Source: Mesotaenium endlicherianum
Lineage: Eukaryota
Assembly: GCA_009602735.1 (NCBI GenBank)
Contig: WELA01003469.1
Coordinates: forward strand, 314,162-378,161
Length of the DNA: 64,000 nt
Direction of reading: 5' to 3'
Part shown: piece after piece, positions 13,356 to 24,852 of the stretch
Numbering within the stretch: the stretch's first letter is position 1
Layout of the letters: every line of letters begins with the position of its first letter
The notes under the pieces: model-generated
What the model saw: only the letters and a program-made list of their open reading frames with translations
What the model was told of the DNA's origin: nothing
The model's database searches: none
Made by a program: the position numbers and the translations under genes

Positions 13356-13902
13356 ATGTCACATTTTTCTTGAAAGGTGACTTTTTTAAATGCATGTGTT
13401 CAGTGGCATGTGTTAACAACCAGGCATTGTTTGTTGCTGCAACTCTGCATGACTGATCTTTTATGTAAAAAGATTTCATAACAGTTTCAAGTTTGAAATA
13501 TGAAGGTGTTTTCAGCCTTAAAGAGTTATTCTGGAAATTAATAAAATGTACGCGTGAAAAAATGACATTTTAATTTTGACACCTTCATAAGTCCTGCTAC
13601 ATGTGCATTTCATTATGTGCCACATTCTTGGTGTGTAGGTAGAGGTGAACTCTACATGCTCACATAATTCTTTTCCAAAAATACATAAAATATGTTTTAG
13701 TATTAACAAATCAAAAAATCAAAAAATGGCAAAAATCTACTGAAAACACATTTGACCACCTACCTACCTACCAATCCGCCTATAAATTTGTACACATTCA
13801 TCCAAAAGTTATTTTTACCATGGATCCTGTAGAGTGTGTGTGTCCCAAGTAAAGCCTGCATCCATTCCAAGATTCGGAGAGCATTATGATCAACCAATTA
13901 GA

Positions 13903-15224
13903 ATGGCATTACCAAGAGTGCAGACCAACACAAATATGCGTAGAGGAGCAGGTGGCAGATTTCTGACGAGGAAGAAAACAGGTGCTGAGAAGTGCTAAAA
14001 TATGCAGATGAAAACCGATCTTGAAGAGGAAAGCAGCTGATAGGGAGGTACAGGTTGCATTACAATCCATGGGCATGAAGAAAGACTTGAGAGCTACTAA
14101 GAGAGAGGTAAGCTACCTCGAGCAAAAGGTGTCCATGGCAACCCCTCAAACTCCTCCAGCAAAGCGTCGTAGAGTAGGCGGAGAATCTGTAAGGAGATGG
14201 CAAAGAATGAGTAATGATCTGAAGCTATTTATGGGTCACAAGTTTGGATGTGAGACAAACATGACCAAGTCATTGACAGCCTTCTTGAATAGGCCAGAAA
14301 ACAAAGATATGCTGGAAGCTATTACAACAGACTTGCACCAGAAGCCAATCAATGAGGAGGCCATAGTGAAGCACATACAAGACCAGTGGGATGACAGGTT
14401 AGGGCTCGCTATCAAGTACAAGTTGAAGTTTTTAAGGAGCAATACCAAATGACATATTCTCAAGCGACAAGACTATGGGAGCCCAAGTACGTGAAGAACA
14501 CCAAAATTTCCCTCCCAAGCTGCCTTCCAGGAGGAAAGTAGAGAAATTGGCAGCCAAGATCTATGCTTAAGTGGGACCAGAAGAGAGTGCACATGGGCTG
14601 ACAGTGACCTTGTCATTGCAAGAGAATTTTAAACAACACATAGTACAGTTGCAACTCCAACCAAGCAGAGTAGTAAGGGTGCAGATTATAGGAGACGCAG
14701 CAGCACTACATAGGGGAGTGGACCAGACTACAATAGCTGCTAAGCAGCTACTCCCTGCATCGTCATATGCTTTGAAGTTCAAGATGACTACAACAGCACA
14801 CAAGGCGTGTCTTCAAGGCTGTTGGAAGAAATGGGCACTATCATCATAGCAGGCCTGCATGTGGAACATGACCTATTTAGAGTGAAGTTCTTTCAAGGTG
14901 GCGATCACAAATTTGATAATAGCTTGTTTGGGTTGACTGGAGCAAGATCAACATATCCGTGCTTGTGGTGCCTCAACACATCAAAGGAGATCCACGACAG
15001 GTGTGGCTGCGGTGTCCTTTGCACCTTGGAGGGGATGAAGGTTGCAGCTCATACTTTTGACTTGGGCGAGTTGCCGACGACGTGTCCACACTGCTCAAAA
15101 CACTTTGAGAGTATGTCGGACTTGGACAACGACATCATAAAGACGATGCAAGGCAAGCCAAAGAAGAAGAGCACCAAGGCCAGACTGGATTACCAGCTCC
15201 AGCACCAAGGACAAAGGCACAAGA
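13903..15224 (+). pseudogene. RAG1/Transib-like DDE transposase, 5' half (frameshifts and stops)
   Basis: Fragments 14021-14452, about 14480-14760 (LPKLPSRRKV..VRVQIIGDAA, D at 14694) and 14807-15224 (FFQGGDHKFDNSLFGLTGARSTYPCLWC, D at 14903). Cut by an LTR insertion at 15225. Start is approximate. Confidence 0.75.
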
Positions 15225-16117
15225 TATAACGATTCTAACTTTCGTGAGAATTGTGAAGATCTTTTCTAAGCTTTTCAGAAAGAAGCTGTGCAAAAAACTG
15301 GACAAAAATGCGATGACGAGAAAAGGTGTTCTCAAAGTTGCACTAAGATTGGCTCTGCAAGTATTTATACTTGCCAACGCGAGCCAGTTGAGTGCTTGGC
15401 ACTCTTGCGACACCTATGTTAGGGGGTTGTGACAGAACAACTGGTACCTGTTGAACGTGACAACCCAAAAGGTCTACCTCATCACGTGACATGTGGAAGG
15501 AGACAAACCTCTCCTTGGGAGGTTTCGTCATGACTCTTGGCTTATGCCAAGAGCCTCATGACTTTACGTAGGTGTCATAGTGCCTCTGGTAAGATGATAT
15601 ATATCAGTAATATATATTATATATCGCGATATGTATATATGTATTATACTTAATAATACAAAATACCGCGCTATGTACTTTTGTATTATACTTGATAATA
15701 CAATGTATATAGCGAAATCAGTCGTTGGCTCCCTTGGGCCACTTTCAGAGGTGTATTCTCACGGGTTAACGACTGTCGTTAACCAAAAAACAATGACAAT
15801 TATTATCCAGAATAATGAAAGAATAATGAGTTAATTAATCATCGTTTAATCAAGTTATTCCTTCATAATCAATCAAGCTAACGTTATTATTAATTATGTC
15901 GTACTATTGCAAAGTAATCAAGTTACTTTACGATGCTTTTTGCAATAGCATCTTGGTCGTTTCGCCAGTCGAGCGTGAATTAGTCAGCAAACGCGTGTGT
16001 CAAACAATTTATCAAGATGCAATCATTTATCAAATTAATATATCAATAAATAATATAACATTTTTTAGGTAATTAGGAAAACGTCCCAAATACGCCTAAA
16101 AAGCTCAGATCGTTACA
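15225..16117 (-). repeat. 3' LTR of element A
   Basis: Direct repeat of 21167-22078; adjacent PPT. Confidence 0.9.
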
Positions 16118-16384
16118 CTCCTCCCCCCTTAAAAGAACTTAAAGTCCTCGTTAAACGTACGACTTTTAAGTCGTGTGGTGTCAATACTTGCCTTAGCTAG
16201 CGTAAAACACAAGGTGAGCGAATGGACTGTGCATCATCACAGGGACGGAAAAGAGCGTATATTTGCGCACGTCTCTTTTGCGTTTGTTCATTGCATTACG
16301 AATGGCGCCTGGTACCACAATTGCTTTAGCGCAGAGCTGGCTGAGTGAAAGCCCATCGTAACCAAAACTGTTTGAACCAGGTCA

Positions 16385-18580
16385 TTACAATTTAGTAGGA
16401 TTTTGTCCTGAAGTTCGTATGAGTCCCCACTGGAGTCGTAATTGAGCCATTTCATCTAAAGCTCCCTTGGGAGGCTTATGACGAGTGTAGCAATGTGTTA
16501 AGACTTCCTCTACAGCTGAGGCTGTATCATCGGCGAGTTCCAACTCGGTGGTTGTGGCTAAGAATGGCCTAAACAGCTTGAGTAAACTGAAATGGAACAC
16601 AAGATGCGTTCGCCCCATGGATTCGCAAATCCAGCCGCTATGCAACAGGTCAAACCTTTGCAAAAATGATAAAAGGGCCTACCTAACGAGGCTGAAGCTG
16701 GGTGCTTGATTTGCAGGTTTTTAGTGGCAAAAGTACTTTATTGCCAACCTCAAAACTCAAATCAATCCTGTGCATATCAACAAACTTGTTCTGGACAAAT
16801 GGAACAAATTGGCGTGCACTTGGTACTCCTATGGTTGACATCCCCGCCTCATCGGGGACCGAGCGCGTAAGAGGAGTGTGCGGATGTCTTCCATGAGGAA
16901 AAACGGATTTTTCTTAAAATCGTTCCTGATAAGCATCATCAATTGTGACCTCTGCAACTGAAAGGAGGGTGTCTTGGTTGGCTTAGCGAAGATTCATACA
17001 ATTCCTAAGGAAATCACAGAATTCGGTTCGGTTGTTATGTTCAAACCATCGATATGAGGATGGAAGCAAATGGAGATCTTAAGTGTCGTGTCGAAGTACG
17101 AGCAGACTTCTTGCCAGAAGTGGCTCGTAAATCTCCTGTCACGATCACTTTTGATCTCGTTTGGCACGCCAGGCAACTTTAAACACGTGATCAATAAAGA
17201 GACGAGCAGTCTCGATTGCATCAAATGATGGTTTAGTGGCCACCTAAGTGCACCACCTTAGTGAAACGATCCACGATCGTTAACACCCCTTTGTGTCCTG
17301 TATCAGTGGTAGGCAATTCCACGACAACATCAAGGCTCATGCTTTACCAAGGAGCACATCCCAGTTCCAATAGTTGCAACTTCCCAACCGACCACGTATT
17401 GCTCGATTTATTCCTCTGACATATTGCGCAGTTGGTGGTGTACCCGGCAACACCAACCTTGAGAGACGGCCAAATGAACTCTGGGCGCAAGCGTGTGTGG
17501 TTTTGGTAAATCCATAATGACCCAAGTAAGGAGAGTCATGCGCTTCGCGTAGTAGCACATATCTTACTTGGCCTTCCGGGACCACAATGCGCCCATTGTG
17601 TCACCAAAAACCGTCCTCAAACATACAGTTTGAGTGTTCGTTTCTTTTGTCCATACTGTCCATCATTACGGCTACATCGTTCTAGCCAGTACCCTGGAGA
17701 TCTAGGAAAAACGGATCTTTGAGATAGCCCTCGTGAAATAGTTGATGCAGGTCAAGTACTTTGAAGTTATGCATACTATCCAAATCGGGTTGGCCCGCCT
17801 CACCAGGCCAAGTGCGGTCAGACGTCTGGGGAGGTACAGCAGAATCAAGGGTGGCCGCCCTCGAAGCCTGACCATTTCGTTCTTGCAAGCCCACAACGGC
17901 CCCCAGCAGCAAGTTTCGTTGAGGAATTCGACTTAGAGGCTCAGCAACATTGTTGCGGCCTGGGCAATATGCCCACTCGTAGTGGAATCGTTGCAAGAAC
18001 TCAAACCATCTCGATTGTCTCCTTCACAGCGTTGGCTAAATTTGAAAGAAGGTATTTGGTCAGTGGTCCGTAAATACTGTCAAACCCTTGCAGCCTTCCA
18101 AATAACATCGCCAAGTTTTCAAAGCGTATAGAAGTGCTTGAGTGAGGCAGGTGTTAGCTTTCGACTCTTGAAATTGATAGGCGTGCCTGCCTGCAGCAGA
18201 ACAACCCCTTTCTCAACATTGTCGCATCCTCAACTGCTCCGCAAGCAGGTTTGGATCGGCCAATGTGAGAACGAGCGTAAGGGTGAGGGCATACGTGATG
18301 CGCTCAAACGCAAAATACGTATAATCATTTTCCAAATAAACGATACATTCATCCTTGAAAGAGTAGTATATGGCAAAGCTAATACTGACAGCTCGTTGCA
18401 AATACTCATGAAAATCTTGCAAATCGAAGGAATGAACACGCACAGAGTACAGACGGGAACAGGCCATATTGCGCACATGCAAGGTTGGCCTGGGGTGGAC
18501 GCATCCACGATCTTTCAACATGTCCCAGTACAACATTGCGCATCTGGCGAAGTGAACGTATCACAACGTCGTTCATAATC
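16385..18580 (-). pseudogene. Decayed pol of element A (RT C-terminus, RNase H, integrase, possible chromodomain)
   Basis: Remnants WPVP; AFERITYALT..VLTLADP; GVVLLQAGTPINFKSRKL; YCPGRNNVAEPLSR; LREAHDSPYLGHYG; IKSDRDRRFTSHFWQ. Confidence 0.8.
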
Positions 18581-21166
18581 GAAATCTGGTGACGTATGTG
18601 ACCAAATCACAGAGAACGTCACAAACGAGTGTATGGAGGGCCCATCAGAGTTTGTCTGATGTTATGCACCTACAATGCAATCGCATAATATGCCAACAGT
18701 AATGGCATTCGTATCCTGTCAATGCACCACTTGCGCCTGTTATATACAAACATGAATATAACTAGGATACACATCTGTTTGTAACGCATGCAAACAGGCG
18801 TTAAGAAATTGAAAGTCATCCAAAGTATGCCACAAATTGGGACCATACAAGATGATGACTTATTGAATCATTGGATAATTAGAGACCATTTGGACAACGC
18901 TTGATTACGTCGTACGTAATAGCGAGGCCAAGCTTCTCATGTGTAACCAGTGCATGTGTCAATGCCAAATGTGCACAACTCTTGTGATCCCTTTGTACGA
19001 CACTTGAGCGCACTCAATGTCGCATGTGGGGGCTACACAACCATATGCAAACACAACAAGATTGAACGCAAGAGGTCAAAATCTAACGCTCTTCAAGTGC
19101 ATCGACTATCCTAAAACGATAGGACAAACTGACAATGCGAAGAAGAAAAATCGCAAAAATATGCAGATTTTTGTCGAGTGAAACAAAAACACAAGAATTT
19201 GACACTTATCAAGTAAAATGCGATGCAAACCTTGACATGATTTGAGTGAGCGTTGTGATAAGCGGGGCGGTTTTCTTATCGCTCTCAAGCTCAAATCCAT
19301 GTGAGAGGGTCGAGTCACAAATTGACGAGATGAATCAGATGCAAAAGCATCATGCCAAAGGATGTAGAAAGAGAAGGTGAAAGAAACAACAATCTCCAAG
19401 ACTTCAAAATCAAAACAACACGTCAAACTGGTCAAAACATGACCAAATCTTGACAACTTAGCAGTCAATCCAGAATATGCCCTATGGAGTCAATTCCCCT
19501 AGAATGACTACAATTGCGACAATGTCATGAAAAGACCTTCGGACAAAGAGCTTGTTTGTTGTGTCAAAAGATGCGCGTAGCACAAACAAACACAACGTGG
19601 GTGGGATGGGTGGAAAATGAAAATAAAACCTCCCATTGATCCCTCAGTAGCAACAGGGCAAATTTGGCCCATACGGTTGCAAACATTGACTTGATATGAG
19701 CAAGGGGGACCAATAAATAGTCTTGCTTCATCATAAAAGTCAATCAGGGAAAGTCCACAGATTTTCGTAAAACCCGAACTCCCCTATCTAGGGTTTAAAT
19801 GAATTAAACCCCTCACGTGTGCAACAGGACACGAAGTCCACACACATTCACAAAAATTGACTTCAACACGTGGGAAGGTGACTGTTATGAACAGTCAACT
19901 GAGGCCACAGAAGTCAAGCAAGGTGGAGCCAATAGGTTTCCGTAAAACCCAAGCCCTCCCCTCTGTGGGACTAATTAATTTTAAATCCTAGTGTTTGTTT
20001 TCTGGCAAAAATATGCGAGAAAACATCATGCCAAGACCAAAACAGGCCGCAGCGCAGGGCAGTATTGGGATGGGTGACCGCACCCTCATTCTGCCCAAAA
20101 AAAAATGATAAGCGACCGGCGCTCATGGCAAGACTGGGATGGGTGACCTCGCCCAATAAAGAACTGCCCCAAAAATATGATTTTCCAAATCGCGGTAAAA
20201 CAGCCCCACGCCAACCCCACAGGCGAGATGGGACGGGTTGGAGGAACTCGCTAAATCCCCCCCCCCAGGTGTTTTAACTCCTTGGGCATGTAGTTGCTGG
20301 CGTATGCAGACGCCAGCAGCGACAACAAAGGGCCAGGCACTCATGCCCGGCTGACGCAGCATTGTGTAAGCACAACATCATGCCTGGGCTCAAGCCTTGG
20401 CCATAACGAATAAAAAAAAGGGAGTCCACCGGGCTCAGTAAAAATCACGAATTGGTCACGGGCTTTGCGGCCCGTGCGAAGACGATCGTGGAATTGAACG
20501 GGCCAGGGGGCGCCACACAAACCCTCGTGACCAATAAAGAAAGAAGGGGGGGGGCGAGGGGAAACCCAGGACCTCCCCCTCTGCTGTGAAAAGTATATAA
20601 TATAAAGTTATGGCCCGCGGAAAATCCGCGGCCATATCGTCGAGGCAAAGGAGCAAAACGGGCTCCTGAAAATGATCGAAACGGCCCGGGCGTATCCCGG
20701 CCGTTCGATTCTGGTCGATTACGACCAGATGGACGAGGAAGCGCCACACAGGCCCCCTCATCAAAAAGAAGCGAGAGTGAGGGACCAAGGTCGACCAAGG
20801 TCCCCCCCTCGCTGTAGACGTGACAGGGTAACGGCGCTATTCCCGCCACCCAACCTGGGCCAAGGCACCCCTTGGCCTTGTTGACGAAAAGAAGGAGGCC
20901 AAGCAGGCCCCTAGCTTGCCGACGGGTCTTCTTGGGCCGACCATGGCTGACATGGTTGGCTCTTGAAAAATTTGACGGGATTTGGCCCAAAGCAAGCCCC
21001 TTGTCTCCTCGTCGATTACCTCGGCAAAAGCACAACAGAAATCAAATTAGTGTTTGGCAAACCACAAAGAAAACAAAATTGCATTGCAAATTTGAACCAA
21101 TCAAAGCAGAATTGAACGGTTCTGCACGACTTTTCTAAGTGGAGCAAAGACTTGCTTCGATACCAA

Positions 21167-21571
21167 TGTAACAATTTTAACTTTCGTGAGAATTGTGAAG
21201 ATCTTTTCTAAGCTTTTTAGAAAGAAGTTGTGCGAAAAACTGGAAAAAATTGCAATGACGAGAAGAGGTGTTCTCAGAGTTGCACTGAGATTGGCTCTGC
21301 AAGTATTTATACTTGCCAACGCGAGCCAGTTGAGTGCTTGGCACACCTGCGACACCTATGTTAGGAGGTTGCGACAGGACAACTTGGACTTGTTGAACGT
21401 GACAACTCAAAAGGTCTACCTCATCACGTGACATGTGAAAGGAGACAAACCTCTCCTTGGGAGGTTTCGTGATGACTCTTGGCTAATGCCAGGAGCCTCA
21501 TGACTTTACGTAGATATCATAGTGCTTCTTGGTAATAATATATATATCCGTAATATATATTATATATCGCG

Positions 21572-21605
<34 letters not shown>

Positions 21606-22078
21606 TATACTTGATAATACAAAATACCGCGCTATGTACTTTTGTATTATACTTGATAATACAATGTATATAGCAAAATCAGTCGGTGGCTCCCTTGGGC
21701 CACTTTCAAAGGCGTATTCTCACGGGTTAACGATTGTCGTTAACCAAAAACAATAACAATCATTATCAAAAATAATGAAAGTCATGATAAGTTAATTACT
21801 CATCAAAACATCAAGTTATTTCCTTCATAATTGATCAAACTAACGTTATGATTAATAATGTCGTACTATTGCGAAGTAACCGAGTTACTTTACGATGCTT
21901 TTTGCAATAGCATCTTGGTCGTTTCGCCAGTTGACCAGGAATTAGTCGGCACACGCGTGTGCCGAATAATTCATCAAGATGCAATCATTTATCAATTAAT
22001 ATATCGATAAACAGTATTACGTTTTCGAGGTAATCATGAAAACGTCCCAAATACGTCTAAAAAGCTCAGATCGTTTCA
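21167..22078 (-). repeat. 5' LTR of element A
   Basis: TG...CA on the plus strand; adjacent PBS. Confidence 0.9.
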
Positions 22079-22797
22079 TGAAATGAATCGACTTACCAAA
22101 TAGGCGATTAACAATTAATAAAGATCTTTATATCAGCAAGTAATCTTTATGGTATTTCCGTTAACTAGTTAAACGGCAAAGGACAATACACTAGCAGGGA
22201 ATAATACTCGTAAGTCAAATGCGAGTAAACTAGCATCAATGATGCAAATCAGTAAACTCATACATAAGCAAGGTTAGAAGACAGTGCGTATCAATGGCTT
22301 CTCGCCTTGGATTCAGATCTCTCTCAGTAAGCTGTACAAGAGAGTTGGCCTCGTTTCCGAATGCCGAACTCGAGAGCAATGCCTAGCATATGTACATGGA
22401 ATGAGTTTACTGTTCAACGGTCAGTGCGATGGCACCGCCTACCCGGGAGTTAACCACGTTGGTAGGACCTCGGTTAACCAAATCCACCGCCATCTCCCAT
22501 CATCCCGAATAGCCATCCATCATAGGGATGTCATCTGGCTATTCATCTAGCATATCGCACTTAGATGCATATCAAGGCAGTTCGCTGCTACCGAGTACGG
22601 AAGTCAGCTGGCTGTCAAAGAATGGGTCAGCAAGCTGACTTATATGGACTTCAGCCTGCTGCTTCCGGCTGAGTCATTAAACTGATAATTATGTAAAGTC
22701 CAGCAGACTGACTATTAACTAAAGTTCAGCAGGCTGAACTTAATTAACTATTATATTTAAATGAATATTATATCCACTAATATACTGATTCATTACA
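22079..22797 (-). repeat. 3' LTR of element B (719 bp)
   Basis: Direct repeat of 30151-30895. Confidence 0.95.
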
Positions 22798-22812
22798 ATC
22801 CCTCCAACTTAA
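22798..22812 (-). other. PPT-like primer site of element B
   Basis: ttaagttggagggat on minus, abutting the 3' LTR. Confidence 0.7.
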
Positions 22813-22910
22813 CTTGTTGTCGCCTCGACAACATTAAACTGCAGAAATTTTAAATAAGGGAACTGAACCTGACCAGCCTCCCTTACTGACTGCCTCTTCA
22901 GCGTGTCACC

Positions 22911-24587
22911 TTAAGGGGTTGTTCCTGGGGCTTCAGGATCAGGAGACGGAGATCTGGACCTAGATCTGGACAGCCCTCTAGGTCTGTCAGCTGGCCTTCT
23001 AAAGAACCCTGTTTGCTCTAAAGTTGGCCCTCGAGGAGAACGGAGGATGGTGGCCTGCTCTTCAACCACTTGGGTGTTGATTCCCACATAGACAGGCATT
23101 CCAGTAGGATGCTGAAATACATTGGCTAGAGGTACATGCCCCTGAGCGGAGGGGGAGGCTGGCATACCTCTGGCCCACCCGCGTGTCCCTCTTCTGGCAC
23201 CCCTGTCCTCTGGGGATTTCTGTCTGTGTCTGCTGCCCAGTACAGTCAGATCAGCTTCTTCCCCTGCTTGGGCAGGTGGGCTGGGGGAGCGAGCGCGGGG
23301 TCCAGTTGTCGCCATAACGGGGATCACATTCCACACACCTGATCGTGGTTCTTTAGGAAGTGCCACTGCCTGTCCCTGGGTATCCTGAGTACCTGCTGCT
23401 GATGCTTCTCCTCTGCCTTGTTCTTCTTCCTCATCCTCCTCATCCTCCTCCTCGGAGAGAGTAGGGGTCTCGTCCACTAAGTCGTCCTGCTCCCTAGTAG
23501 ACATGGAGTAGTCTACCGACCTCCCTTTCTTAGGGCGCGCTGGAGGTTGCTTGGCCTTCAGCCTACTGATATCTATCCGGCCTGCATTCTTTGCCCATTT
23601 GACAAAGGCATGCTTTCCCTTAGAGAAGTACTCTCTTCCCCTCCTCCTATGTTCCTTGGTCTCTGCATTCATATTGCTCAGGCATCCATTCAGCCTGGGG
23701 TCCCAAGGGGCAATGTGAGGTGGTAGGATGAGATAGCCGTCTAGGCCATAGTGGAAGTCATCCGGTTGGGCTCGGTCACACTCCTGCTTCTTATTTGTGA
23801 CGGTCATCCACCTCCAGTCTGTTGGCTGCTGGTAGTACTGGGGTCCGTGCTCAGCCTTCCTCAGTTTACACGGGAACCAGTGGGGAGAGAACATCTGCTG
23901 TCCTGCTTCCCTGGCCAAGTACTCCCAGCTCCTTCTCTCAACTTCATTGTAAGCTGGCAGGAGTGTGAGGTAGAATACCGTATCCTTAAAGCTATCGGGC
24001 CGCATGCTCACCATCCGGATGAGTCTCTGATCTCCCACTATTCCCGGTATGGGGACCGGCTTGTCCTCTGAATCATCTGCGAGATACCGGGCCTGCTCTG
24101 CTGTATAGCCCACCATCTTAGCATAATCTTCGTAAAGGACCACGCCGGTGTGTGTCTCGATGTACCTGTCCAGTGCTGTAGCTCCTTCCTTCTGTAGCAG
24201 TGTTGTCTGTTCCAGCCTGTTGATCTCCTGGGCTGCCAGCAATGCTTCCTTCAGGTTATCGAAGTTTTGGCCACCCACCACAGTATACCTGTAAGTGGCC
24301 AAGCTCTTCTGTCTGTCCGCTTCAATCTTTTTTCTTTTCTCCTCTTCTGCCGCTGCCGCTTCTTCTTGCTGTTTCTTCTGTCTCTCCTCCTCAGCCTTCC
24401 TGAGGTTTTCCGCTTCCTGATCCTTCTTCCTCTGTGCCTCTTCTGCCGCCTCTTGTTGTTTGCGGACCCTTTCTTGTTCTCTCCTGGTGAGGGACGTCGC
24501 CGCCAGCTCCTTCTGGTATTGCTCCATTGTCCTCCTGGCTTCTTCTGCCTTGCGCTTTCTGTCCTCCTTTTGTGTGGTGGGCGCCAT
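22911..24587 (-). CDS. ORF3 of element B, unknown protein (charged coiled-coil N-terminus, globular core, acidic and RS-rich tail)
   Basis: 566-codon open frame between pol and the 3' LTR on the same strand; likely ATG at 24587; homologous ORF in element C. Confidence 0.85.
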   Translation of the reverse strand: MAPTTQKEDRKRKAEEARRTMEQYQKELAATSLTRREQERVRKQQEAAEEAQRKKDQEAENLRKAEEERQKKQQEEAAAAEEEKRKKIEADRQKSLATYRYTVVGGQNFDNLKEALLAAQEINRLEQTTLLQKEGATALDRYIETHTGVVLYEDYAKMVGYTAEQARYLADDSEDKPVPIPGIVGDQRLIRMVSMRPDSFKDTVFYLTLLPAYNEVERRSWEYLAREAGQQMFSPHWFPCKLRKAEHGPQYYQQPTDWRWMTVTNKKQECDRAQPDDFHYGLDGYLILPPHIAPWDPRLNGCLSNMNAETKEHRRRGREYFSKGKHAFVKWAKNAGRIDISRLKAKQPPARPKKGRSVDYSMSTREQDDLVDETPTLSEEEDEEDEEEEQGRGEASAAGTQDTQGQAVALPKEPRSGVWNVIPVMATTGPRARSPSPPAQAGEEADLTVLGSRHRQKSPEDRGARRGTRGWARGMPASPSAQGHVPLANVFQHPTGMPVYVGINTQVVEEQATILRSPRGPTLEQTGFFRRPADRPRGLSRSRSRSPSPDPEAPGTTP

Positions 24588-24852
24588 CCTGCACATGTAA
24601 CCAGGGCACAAGTTAGTAGGATATGGACCTTTGTCATAGGGATTGCAGGAAGTATGTTAGTATTAGTATAGTGGCTTCGCTGCTGTTTACCTTACACGAT
24701 GATTGCTAAAAGTTGACGTAGTTGCGATGCGCTACACATAAACGTATGAGTGTGTTTTTATCGCTCTCGCTCACTAACTGTCATATATTTTCCCCTCCAA
24801 CTTAAATGGAGACAGGACCGCCTGTCATCTTCCGTGTCAACTGAAATGACAG

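Larger units (their letters stand above)
15225..22078 (-). mobile_element. Ty3/gypsy LTR retrotransposon A, degenerate and non-autonomous
   Basis: LTRs 15225-16117 and 21167-22078. tRNAiMet-type PBS (tggtatcgaagc on minus, 21154-21165). PPT (aaggggggaggag on minus, 16118-16130). TSD CAAGA 15220-15224 / CTAGA 30901-30905, the right copy displaced by element B. Confidence 0.9.

Noticed and set aside
22284..22550. Repeated small ORF MRINGFSPW (also at 30356 and 32459) and the repeated ORFs at 15244/21186
   Set aside because: They recur only because the LTRs are duplicated; no recognisable motif
22911..24611. ORF3 as an envelope gene
   Set aside because: No signal peptide, fusion peptide or transmembrane segment is visible
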